This document shows positions 11,326 through 22,099 of a stretch of 64,000 bases of DNA, in pieces. Position numbers and translations under genes: made by a program. Position 1 is the stretch's first letter. The number at the start of each line of letters is the position of its first letter. Source of the stretch: Octopus sinensis (Eukaryota); contig NC_043006.1 in NCBI RefSeq assembly GCF_006345805.1, positions 27,590,001-27,654,000 of the forward strand. The letters are read 5' to 3'. The notes beneath the pieces were generated by a model, which was not told the origin of the DNA, ran no database searches, and worked only from the letters and a program-made list of their open reading frames with translations.

Positions 11326-12240
11326 ATATTAATAAATAAAATAAAACATATGCATATATATAAACATATATGTACGTACCTACCTCTACATGTACATATA
11401 CACGCATATATGTGAGTACAGGATACCAAAAAGACGTCGAACACAATGAGAAACGAAAACAGACACAAACCAAAGGAACTGGACATATATTTAAAAACAA
11501 CAAAAAAATAATATAGAATACAGGACAATTAACACAAAGAAAAAAACCCTTTTTCAGTCGCTAAAGCTTTCATCTACTCTACGTTTCGAAGGATAAAAGC
11601 GAGACGTATCTTCGACAAGAAAACTTTCCTTCCTGCGAAAAGCAAATCAATTAAAATTCTGAGATCTTTTCGCAGAGGGGTAAAAAATAGTAACAACAGT
11701 GCAAATTGTAAACAATAGAAGACAGGACAAGGAAAAACAAGATAAGAAGGGCTGTTGACGCCGAACGAAAAAAAGTATTACAAATGCAGAATTTTTTAGG
11801 GACGACGAGGAGGAAAAAGAGTGACGTCCATTACTTAGAAAGAGACAGCAGCAGAAGTGACGTCGCGGGTGAACGACGGGAAGGCGGAAAACACGTTGTG
11901 GGTGAACGACGGGAAGGGGGGAGGAGGAGCAAGAGAAAGGGAGGGAAGAAGGGGAATGGCTGCAAGGAAACCAAGAAGAATGGGGAGGGGGAGAGAGAGA
12001 GTGAAGAATGAGAGAGAGGAAGAGACAAGTTAAGTAGAGAAAAAGGAGAACAAGAATGAAGGCTGAGAAAGGGATGGGACAAAAAGGTAAAGAGTGCGCG
12101 TGAGAGTTAATATCAAGAACAAAAACTTGATATAAAGAACAATCTTAATTAAGGGGGTGCGTGCGTTTCATCATATAATATATTAATAAATAAAATAAAA
12201 CATATGCATATATATAAACATATATGTACGTACCTACCTC
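11326..12240. mobile_element. Repeat bounded by identical 61-bp direct repeats (Penelope pseudo-LTR-like)
   Basis: 11326-11386 is identical to 12180-12240; the family assignment is inference. Confidence 0.5.
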
Positions 12241-12387
12241 AATATGTATGTATATATATATATAGAAATAATTGAGATTCAGTTGAATTATGTACTTAAG
12301 TTGAAGCACCAAATCAGTGCGGTATTATCTGCACAGCTCAGAGTAAGGTGAATGAAATCAAAATAAGCAACAGGATATCAAGTAGTG

Positions 12388-12475
12388 ATGCAGAACTGCT
12401 GTTTCAAGCAGCTTCATTTAATTGAACAATGCAATCATTACATCAATTTAAATGCAGTGCCATCTTCAGCTGCAC
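12388..12475 (-). ncRNA. Type I minimal hammerhead ribozyme motif (Penelope-like-element type)
   Basis: Minus strand: GTGCAG-CTGAAGA-[57-nt hairpin, stem II]-GAAAC-AGCA-GT-T/CTGCAT. Stem I is TGCAG:CTGCA and the catalytic core is complete; predicted cut between 12394 and 12393. Confidence 0.75.
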
Positions 12476-12938
12476 AAACAAATAAATAGAATTTTAACCA
12501 GTCGGACACATTAATATAATTTTTCTCAAATATCTTAACAGAGCAAGAAGAACTCTTGTCCTTTATTCAAAATGAATACAGTCTTCTAGTCTTAGATTTA
12601 GTAGTTGTTAAAGACATAAAAGACTTAGAAATGCATTACAATCCTTTACAAAACTATGACCCCAATTGGCTTCATGTGATTCTAGGAAGTGTAGTCCATT
12701 CTTAGCTACAACAGTAACAACATGAATTTCTTCCATCTTCTTGCCTTGTTAAAATATTTGAGAAAAAACATTGATTGTTAAACACCAAAAATTATCCAGA
12801 TATTTTCTAAGCAACCTCAATTACAATTGGGTCAAAGTTGAGGAAAAATTTCTTGCAAAAAAAAACAAAAAAGAAAAAAAAAGGAACCTCACTATGTTTC
12901 AGACTCTCTCAACTTCAGCAACAACTATGCTGCACAAT

Positions 12939-14201
12939 GGCGATCTTTCGTTTGTAGTAGCACGTTTCCGTCGATGATTTCCGTAAAAAACTTTTATTTT
13001 TTTACATATGGGCTTGCAGGAACATTTGAAGTAATGAGAGCGAAAGAGACTAAGAGGAAGCGATTTTATGACGAGGGAATTTCTTTTGAAGTTACCAAAG
13101 CATTGATGTACATGTGTGTGTGTGTGTGTGTGTGTGTTTGATGGGGTGTGGGAGACAGACAGTATGTTGAGTAAGTGAAGTGCTTCCGTTAGTGTGTGTG
13201 AAGAGACAGAGAGAGTAATGTGTGAAAGAGAGAGATAACTGAAATTTTTTACTCGGTGTATGTGTATATGTATGTATGCATGTATGTGCGTGTGTGTATG
13301 TATCTATGTATGTGTGTGTGTGTATGTATCTATGTATGTGTGTGTATGTATGTGTGTGTATGTATGTGTGTGTGTATGTATGTGTGTATGTATATATGTA
13401 TGTGTGTGTATGTATGTATGTATGGCCGATTCAGTGTAATTTTTTACTCAGTGTATGTGTATATGTATGTCTGAATGTATGTGCGTGTGTGTGTAAGTAT
13501 GTGTGTATGTATGTATGTATGGCCGATTCAGTGTAATTTTTTACTTGGTGTATGTGTATATGTATGTCTGCATGTATGAGTGTGTGTGTATGTATGTATG
13601 TGTGTGTGTGTGTATGTGTGTATGTATGCATGTATGTATGGCCGATTCAGTGTACACTGAATCGGCCATACATACATACACACACATACTTACACACACA
13701 CACACATACATTCAGACATACATATACACATACACCGAGTAAAAAATTACACTGAATCGGCCATACATACATACACACACATATACATAGATACATACAC
13801 ACATACATACACACACACATACATAGATACATACACACACACACATACATGCATACATACATATACAAATACACCGAGTAAAAAAATTCAGTTATCTCTC
13901 TCTTTCACACATTACTCTCTCTGTCTCTTCACACACACTAACAGAAGCACTTCACTTACACAACATACTGTCTGTCTCCCACACCCTATCAAACACACAC
14001 GCGCGCGCGCGCACACACACACACACATGTATATCAATGCTTCGGTAACTTCAAAAGAAATTCCCTCGTCATAAAATCGCTTCCTCTTAGTCTCTTTCGC
14101 TCTCATTACTTCAAATGTTCCCGCAAGCCTATATGTAAAAAAATAAAAGTTTTTTACGGAAATCATCGACGGAAACGTGCTACTACAAACGAAAGATCGT
14201 C
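12939..14201. mobile_element. 1.26-kb fold-back (palindromic) non-autonomous DNA element with internal (GT/AT)n subrepeats
   Basis: Left arm starting ggcgatctttcgtttgtagtagc matches the inverted right arm ending gctactacaaacgaaagatcgtc; loop-free centre ...cagtgt|acactg... at 13653/13654. Confidence 0.9.
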
Positions 14202-14826
14202 TGTTTGGCTCCAAAAGAATCCCATAGAAATCGGCGGTTTAGATGCTAATGGACAGCCATTAGTTGCAGAAATTGACGGAAGCAAGTTCTTTCATCCTAA
14301 GTATCACCGAGGTAAGTGGCGCCTTGGCCATTGGGTATTCGGTGGCATAGAGAGAGAGTCTCTAAAAAGTGTTTTTTGGTCGAAGTACCTGTCCGTACTG
14401 AACAAACTTTAACTGCGCTAATACAAAGATGGATTTTACCTGGGACTCACATAGTCAGTGATGGCTGGCGAGTGTATAATAACATCGGTATCCTGAATGA
14501 TGGTGCCTACATGCACGAGAGATTATACATCAACAAAATTTTGTTGATCCTCCTGATCAACACGTCCACACACAAAATGTGGATGCGAGTAAAACGGATG
14601 TTGCGACGACAGTTTGGGACATCGGACGAATTGTTTGTTTCATATTTGCATGAATTTATATGGCGTAATTCCACGGGTAAAAAGAACACATTTGGGCACT
14701 GCCATGCTTTTAGCTGTCAGAAGTGGAAGTAGTCAACTTCGTGTATTTACGTCGACAGCTAAAAGCATGACAGTGCCCACATTTGTTCACTTTCTGGCAG
14801 CGACCGCTAGTGTTTATTCTGTGTAA
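14202..14826 (+). pseudogene. Merlin / IS1595 (ISXO2-like) DDE transposase remnant
   Basis: PIEIGG..VAEIDGSKFFHPKYHRG..WVFGGIERES/KKCFLVEVP..ILPGTHIVSDGWRVY..W.RVKR..YLHEFIWR; frameshifted, N-terminus missing. Confidence 0.85.
14694..14778. mobile_element. 85-bp MITE with 25-bp TIRs and 6-bp TSD (ACATTT)
   Basis: GGGCACTGCCATGCTTTTAGCTGTC / GACAGCTAAAAGCATGACAGTGCCC (24/25 match); excision restores the transposase C-terminus. Confidence 0.8.
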
Positions 14827-14985
14827 ATATAAGTTGTTTCTTTTATTACTTATCTTCCACTTAATTTTCATTTATTTTAATATAACCATACTGAAACATT
14901 AACCTTGCTATGTAATGATTTTAAACAGGTAGAGAAAAAAAATAAAACGAGAAACCAAAAGTTAATGATTTTGCTCTGGTTACTA

Positions 14986-15117
14986 GGTCAATATAGGGCG
15001 TAACAAATCTGATATTTCATAGTCCACAGGAAAAGTAAATTACTCATTTTGCCCCGCTTTCTAATTTTGTCTCACCCGTTTACTAATTTCTGATATTTGT
15101 TACGCCCTATATTAACC
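14986..15117. repeat. 132-bp segment bounded by 23-bp inverted repeats (possible MITE, CTA on both flanks)
   Basis: ggtcaatatagggcgtaacaaat / atttgttacgccctatattaacc (22/23 match). Confidence 0.55.
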
Positions 15118-15503
15118 CTAATTCTACCCTACCCCTAAGTGTCACTTGACTATGTTTCGGACTCTCTCAACTTCAACATCTATGCTGACCAATTTTTCCT
15201 CATAAAAATGATGCCACAATACAAAACGATGATGCAATATTTGCAATGCAATGATTCTAAACAGGTAGAGAGATAACAACAAGAAATCGGAAATTACTCA
15301 TTTTGCCCCGCTTTCTAATTTTGTCTCACCCGTTTACTAATTTTGTCTATGCATTTTCTGCTATCCGAGTTTTTTTCTTTTCTTTTTTTTACTTTCATTT
15401 CTCCAGTTTTTGGTGGTGGGGGATCTCACGCTAAGAAAAGGATTTAAATAATAAACTGAAATTGCAAACGAAAGATTAATTAATAAAAGAAAGAAATTCT
15501 CAC

Positions 15504-15690
15504 CAATAATTTCCTCTGACGTTGAAGAAGGAAGATTTCCCTGTTGAAGGGAGATAAGTCACTGTTTATTTTGCCATCTAGATAATGAAGATAATGACAG
15601 TTCTTTGACAACTCTGAGATTCAAAATGAAGCAATGCCGACTACTGTGGGGGATAATGTACCGATTTTACTTTTCCTGTGGACTTTCTAT
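15504..15690 (-). promoter_or_regulatory. Candidate non-coding first exon / promoter of the PIN-nuclease gene
   Basis: TG|GTGAGA donor at 15504/15503 in a non-repetitive, CpG-retaining stretch. The exon at 8487 begins with an acceptor, so an upstream UTR exon is required; its identity is inference. Confidence 0.3.
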
Positions 15691-16435
15691 CAATAACACT
15701 ATATTACAAGATTTTGCAAAAGTTTTGTTTATCCTAAGTGTATATTATGCAAATTTTAGCGCCGATTCTGAAAATAGTCTTTTTTTCTATCAACCGTTGC
15801 TGGGATATCAAGGTACACTATCAACTAATGTAATGTTTAGAACAGTGTTTCCCAATGCATGCGCTGGGAGTTTGTATTTCAGGTGGGGGGGGGCTGAATA
15901 TACTCAGATGGGCATTTGGGGCTAATACAGAATCGCACCTCTCCTTGAAAAAGTTTTTGGATCTTTTCCTTTTGATCGGCATGTTGATAAATTCATTTTT
16001 TTAACTAAACACTTTCAAACTTCTACTGGTAGAATGTGTCATATAGAACATCTTTTACTCTTAGCGTTGTTGAGAAAAGTTTGTATTTTCGAAGTTATTT
16101 CGTGTTAAAGTTGTCGTATTTGGGTAATTTCAACCAGTCATTGACGGCTATTGAGCTAAATAAAGTTACTGTTGTTGTTTGTCAACAACTTCCGGTGGTG
16201 TATATTTCGTTTGTCACTGTTATTTATGACACATTTAATCTCAGTTACGTTCGTATGAATAAACGAGTGTATCTAAAGTACGCTTACTTCATGGCACCAC
16301 CATAATCGTTTGTGCATTTCTACTGCTTTTAGGTTTTTTTCCCTGTTTTTCAGCTACTATTTTCGGAAAAACTTCCTCCCATCACCCCATTTTCTCGCAA
16401 ATTATTGTTTCGGTTTGAAATTTTTTTTTTTTTGC

Positions 16436-16625
16436 AACGAGTACAGTGAAGAATTCCGGGTAGAGGTAGGGGTTCACCAAGGTTCACTCCTCAGCCCCTT
16501 CCTATTTATCATAGTCCTCCAGGCAATAATGGAGGAATTCAAGACAGGATGCCATTGGGAGCTCCTCTATGCTGATGACCTTGCTCTAATTGCTGAGTCA
16601 CTATCAGAACTAGAGGAGAAGTTTT
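16436..16625 (+). mobile_element. RTE-LINE RT core fragment
   Basis: GVHQGSLLSPFLF...LLYADDLAL. Confidence 0.9.
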
Positions 16626-19600
16626 CCAAGCTAGCACGGGTTGGACGGTTCGACCGGGGTCTGGGAAGCCAGGAGGCTCCACCAGGCTCCAGTCTGATCT
16701 GGCAGTGTTTCTACAGCTTGATGCCCTTCCTAATGTCAACCACTCCGTGAGTGTAGTGGATGCTTTTTACATGCCACCGGCAGAGAAGCCGGTCAAGACA
16801 GCACTGGCATCGGCCACATTCGGATGGTGCTTTTTTACGTGCCACCAGCACAGGTATCACAACTACTATTTCCATTTGATATTTATTTTGATGTTGATGT
16901 ACTTGACTCAATAGGTCTCCTCAAGCACAGCAAATCATGTGCCACCGGCACAAAAGCCAGTCAAAACAGCACTGGCATCGGCCACGTTCGGATGGTGCTT
17001 TTTACGTGCCGCCGGCACAGGTGTCGTAACTACAATTTCCATTTGATATTTATTTTGATATTGGTATTGATGTTCTTGACTCAATAGGTCTCCTCAAGCA
17101 CAGCAGGTCACTCTACGATCCAAGGTAAGCACAGCAGGTCGTTCTGCAATCCAAGGTACTTTGAATGGGCTGGGGCTTTGAATGGCTGGTACTTTGAATG
17201 GGCTGGCGAAACTGGTGCAGGAAGAAGCCTGGGTCTTTGCAGTCACAGCATATCTCCAGAGATCTCGGTCCTTCGTCATTGCCTCTGTGAGGCCCAACGC
17301 TTGGAGGTCATGCTTGACTACCTCATCCCATATCTTCCTGGGTCTACTTCTCCCCCTGAAACCTTCAACTGTTTGGGAGTGGCACTTCTTCACACATCTC
17401 TCCTCATCCATCCGCAGTACATGACCATACCATCACAAGTGTCTCTCTTGCACACCACATCTGATGCTTCATATGTCCAACATTTCTCTCAGGGCGCTTA
17501 CACTCTGTCGTGTGTGCACACTGACATTACACATCCAGCGGATCATGTTAGCTTCATTTCTTTCAAGTCTACGTATGTTGTCTGCAGTCACAGCCGTGAA
17601 GCATGGCGGTTTGCACACATGCATCATACAATCTACCTTTCGCTCTGAGCGAGAGACCCTTTGTCACCAGTAGGGGTAGGAGCTTTCTAAACTTTGCCCC
17701 GGCTGTTCGTATTCTAGTGGTAACACTCTCTGAGCATCCACCTCCACTACTAACTTAGTCACCTAGGTAGTGGAAACTATCAACTAGTTTCTCCCCCTGG
17801 AGTGTGATGGAATCTGTTTTCTGAGTATCTGTGGTATCTATTGCCCCTGTGCATCTGCCGCACGTGAAAGCTATCTTATCAGTTAATTTCCCTTTGATGT
17901 TGCTGCACCTCTTATGCATCCATAGCTTACACTAGGTACATCTTATGGAGTTTCTACCTACACCTTTCCTACAGATCGAGCAGGGCCACCTGCCCGAGGG
18001 GGTGTGTGATGAGTTCGCCTTTCTGCTTACTAGAACTTTGGTCTTTGCTACATTTACTCTTAGGCCCTTTGATTCTAAACCTTGCTTCCACACCCGAAAT
18101 TTCTTTTTTAGTTCCGGTAGTGATTCTGCTATGAGGGCCAGGTCATCAGCATAGAGGAGCTCCCAGGGGCAACCTGTTTTGAATTCCTCTGTTATTGCCT
18201 GGAGGACTATGATGAATAAAAGGGGACTGAGGGCTGAGCCTTGGTGGACACCTACATCTTCCTGGAATTCTTCACTATACTCATTGCCAATCCTAACCTT
18301 GCTGACAGCCTCTCTGTATAGGGCCTGTACAGCCCTTATTAACCATTCATCAATCTCCAGTTTCTGCATCAACCACCAGATAAGGGATTGGGGGACCCTG
18401 TCAAAGGCTTTCTCCAAGTCCATGAAAGCTGTGTAGAGGGGTTTATCTTTAGCTAGGTATTTCTCCTGCAGTTGTCGTACCAGGAATATGGCATCAGTGG
18501 TGCTTCTCACCAGCACAAAACCAAACTGCATCTCATCTAAGTAAATTCTCTCCCTAATGAAATGGGCTATGACCCTCTCTGTGACCTTCATCACCTGATC
18601 CAACAGTTTAATACCCCTGTAGTTATTTCTGTCTAGAGCATCACCTTTACCCTTGTAGCAGTTGACTATGGAGCTGCTATGCCAGTCATTGGGTATGACT
18701 CCATTATGAACTACCTGGTTTACAATGCAGGTGACTAGGTTATAGCTCACACAACCAGATGTTTTAAGCATCTCAGCAGTGATTCCTGGTGGGCCTGGGG
18801 CTTTTCCTGGTTTCATACCCTTAATTGCCTTAACTACTAGGGAGCTGTCTATTCTGATAGCTGGTCCCTCTACTGGGTCAACATTTGGCAGGCTCTCCTC
18901 CTCCCATTCATTCTCCACATTCAGCAGTCTTTCATAATGGCTTCTCCAAGCCTCTTTCTTTTCAGAAACATTGAAAGCAAGTGCACCATCATCCATGCGG
19001 ACGCATTTCTTTCCTGTGACATCACTATTTTCTCTCACACACTGTCTAGCAATCCGAAATACCTCAGTTCTTTGGTCCTCACGTCGCTGGACATTGGCAA
19101 ACTTCTTCTTTTCCGCTTCACCCTTGGCTATGTATACCTGCCACCCAGCCTCTTTTCTGGGTACCTGGTACAGTTCCCTGCTACCCCCATCCCTCCAGGA
19201 TTTCCAGGCCTGTTTCTTTGCTCTAATGGCTTTGTCTACTGTTCTATTCCACCACCATGTAACTCTGGGTCTGGAAGGGACTTTGCACCATGCACAGACT
19301 TGGCCTGTGGCACTCAGAAAGCTGTCCCGTAGGAATTTCAAGCTACCTTCTATGTCCGACGTCTGTAGCTCCTCCTCCCTCTCATCAAATTTCTTGATTA
19401 GGATGTCCCTAAATCTCTGACCATGTGAAGGGTTCTTTAGCTTCCAAATCCTTCTTTTCTAGATTGGTCTGCTTCTTGGTATCCTTCTGGCCACAAGCCT
19501 AAAGTCACTAATGACTAGCCTATGCTGAGGGGTACATTCTTCACCCGGGAGGGTCTTTGCATTTAAGAGCAACCTTACATCCCGCTGTCTGGTGAGGATG

Positions 19601-20185
19601 AAGTCTATTTGGCTAGTGGAGTCCCCTGACTGATAGGTTATAAGGTGGCAGTCTGGCTTCCTGAAGTTAGTGTTGCAGATTAAAAGGTTACAGGCATCAC
19701 AGAATTCCAGTAGTCTAGTTCCCTCATCATTTCTGGTGCTAATATCATGGCCACTGTGTACCCCAGTGAAGATACCCGATTCCCGCCCAACATGCCCATT
19801 AAAGTCTCCAGCCACAAAGATGAGGTCCTTGCCACTCGTCTTTGCGGTAGCCTGTAGAAGGGTATCATAAAAGTGGTCCTCCTGATCATTTGGTAGTCCC
19901 GCATGTGGGGCATAGGCGGAGATAATCGTAGCTGTGCCGTTCTGTAGGACTAACCTGAGCTTGAGCACTCTCTCGCATACCCTGACAACCTCTATGACTT
20001 TCTCCACCCATTTCTCCGCAAGGAGAATGCCTACACCATCCATGTTACCTTGCCAGAATATTTTACACCTATGTGCCTTGCCTGTGAGGACCCTAGCTGA
20101 AGCACCTCTCCATCTTACCTCTTGTATGCAGCATACATCAACCCGTCTTCTTTCAAGCATCTCTACAATCTCACTAGACCTACCA
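16620..20185 (-). mobile_element. Near full-length RTE-clade LINE (APE endonuclease + RT + PHD + C-terminus + 3' UTR), inactivated by a few stops/frameshifts
   Basis: EN motifs CIQE, AGDFNGH, IDFIL and QHRL (ORF 19459-20185); RT motifs QFGF, DLEKAFD, QGSALSP and YADD (ORF 17932-19341); C-terminal GRSRPRKIW; tail at about 16620-16760. Confidence 0.95.
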
Positions 20186-20204
20186 TAGATAAAAAAATGT
20201 TTTA

Positions 20205-20595
20205 AAAAAATAAAATATGGTATAGAGAAAATAACAGGCATTAAAAAGAGTTTTCAGTTACATGTCAGAAGAAAAAGTATTCCAACAATTGTTTCTGAGG
20301 TTCATTCATCCAAATCTTAAGATTCATTTTCAGAGAATGTTTCCTTCATGAAAGTAAAGAAAAAAAAAATGATGTTTACACTACATATGTATTCAGTTCT
20401 TTGACAAAGAACTGAATGCCTATTTAGCGTAAACATCATTTTTTCCCCCTGATGAAGGAGACATCCTCTGAAAATGAATCTTAAGATTCATTTGTTATTT
20501 GGATGAATGAACCTCACAAACATTTGTTGGAATGTAACTGAAAACTCTTTTTAATGGCTATTATTTTCTCTATACCAAATTTTAATTAAAAAATA
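20205..20595. repeat. ~390-bp imperfect palindrome centred near 20403
   Basis: Centre attcagttctttg-a-caaagaactgaat; arms match out to ggtatagagaaaataa / ttattttctctatacc. Confidence 0.85.
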
Positions 20596-22099
20596 GACGT
20601 ATTTATTTATATTCCATTATTATTTTTATCTATATTCCATTATTATTATGTTTATATATTAATATATTTATATGTCCAAGTATATTTTTAATATTCATAT
20701 ATTTTTATATTTCTAATATATCAATGTATGTTTCAGCTTGGACAATTATTTTTATCTTAATTAAACCCATATATATGTGTTAACCGTAGTTTGCCTGATT
20801 TGAGCTTTTTCTATTGCATCCATTATATATATACATATATATGTAGAAGCACTGTGTGTCCCACCCACACATAACAAGAAAACGTCTCACACCCTACCAC
20901 AAAAAACCAAACACCTCTACATCTCTTCCTCACATTTCCACTTCATGCACTATGCTTACCTCCCTCTCCCCAATCCTGTCCTTACAGCCTGTTTCTTTAT
21001 ATCATTGCGAGCCAGTAGCTCCCCATCTATGTACTCAGGTTTTCACAACACCCTTCCCCTTCCCACTCTCTAATCACACTCCTTTGGCAATATCCTGTCA
21101 CTTATATTATGACCTTCAAACCTCAAGGGTATGCCCTGGTACTTGCCACCATCTATATCTCTCTCTGCTTATACTCGACCATCCCATTTATATTCTGATC
21201 CCTGTTCCTTGTGAGTATGCTCTGCACTTTGCCACCCTCTTTATCCTAATGTCTCCCACTCTCTCTCCCACTCTTCTTATCCTGCATTCCCTTCAGGTTG
21301 GGTAACCATGTATCTCCTTTGTAGCATCTCTTTCTCTCATTCCTGATCTCTCTCTCTTTGGCCAGGTACAAGGTTGTACTGCCTCTACAGCAAGACACCC
21401 ATTTGAAGTAGAGACAATAACTTCTGTCTATCAATCTCTACATTATATATATTCATACTCTCTTTCACATACATATACACAGATGCATACATACACTTTT
21501 AGGAGTGTTGTTGTTTTCCTTTTGCCTGTCATTGTCCCAAAAGCAGCTGCAATTAATTCCCAAGGGAATTGTAGCTGCTTTAGGAGTGGGTAGCAAACTG
21601 TTTTTTAATTGAATGAATTGGTGTCAAAAAAAAAAAAAAGAGGATCCATTACATTTTTAAAGATATGTTTGTTTATTGAAAGGGAGCCTCTGCATGCAAG
21701 ATTGCTGGGAAGTGGGGCCTCCTTGTATTGAGTGCTGCATATTCTTCATAGCAGGGGTGCCCAATATCTATCAGGAGCCTGTGGTAATTGCCCCTTCGAC
21801 CCCCTCCCTGGGAACACCTTTTCTTCACTTCTACTGTAGCTAAATAAACCTGATGTCTAGCTTCCCTTTTAGCTTTCTGATATGAATCTTTGCTACCCCC
21901 TCCCTTCCATTTTTTCCAGACCTGTCTCTTCTCTTATGGCCTTGTCAACATCACTGTTCCACCGCCACATCACCCTTGGTCTGGCAGAGGCTTTGCTCCA
22001 ACCAGTTACCCTCAGTAAATTGTCCTCCTAACACACACACACACACACACACACCAATCTTTAACAGTTAACAAAAGGAATATATAAATAATCAAATGG

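Noticed and set aside
11545-11595. Possible type II hammerhead on the minus strand (CGAAAC ... CTGAAAA)
   Set aside because: The core is CTGAAAA rather than CTGANGA and stem I cannot be formed.
13256-13874. Many short ORFs rich in Y/I/V/C/M/H/T here and across the window
   Set aside because: Translations of (AT)n, (GT)n and (CA)n microsatellites.
15113-15140. Telomere-like (CCCTAA)n
   Set aside because: Only 3-4 degenerate units inside a transposon nest.
15700-16430. Possible DNA-transposon remnants
   Set aside because: Looks repeat-like, but no TIR pair, TSD or ORF could be shown from this window.
20856-21430. 149-aa and similar 157-aa (59954-60427) ORFs in pyrimidine-rich DNA
   Set aside because: Low-complexity repeat family sharing a cctctacagcaaga end; no recognisable domain or splice structure.
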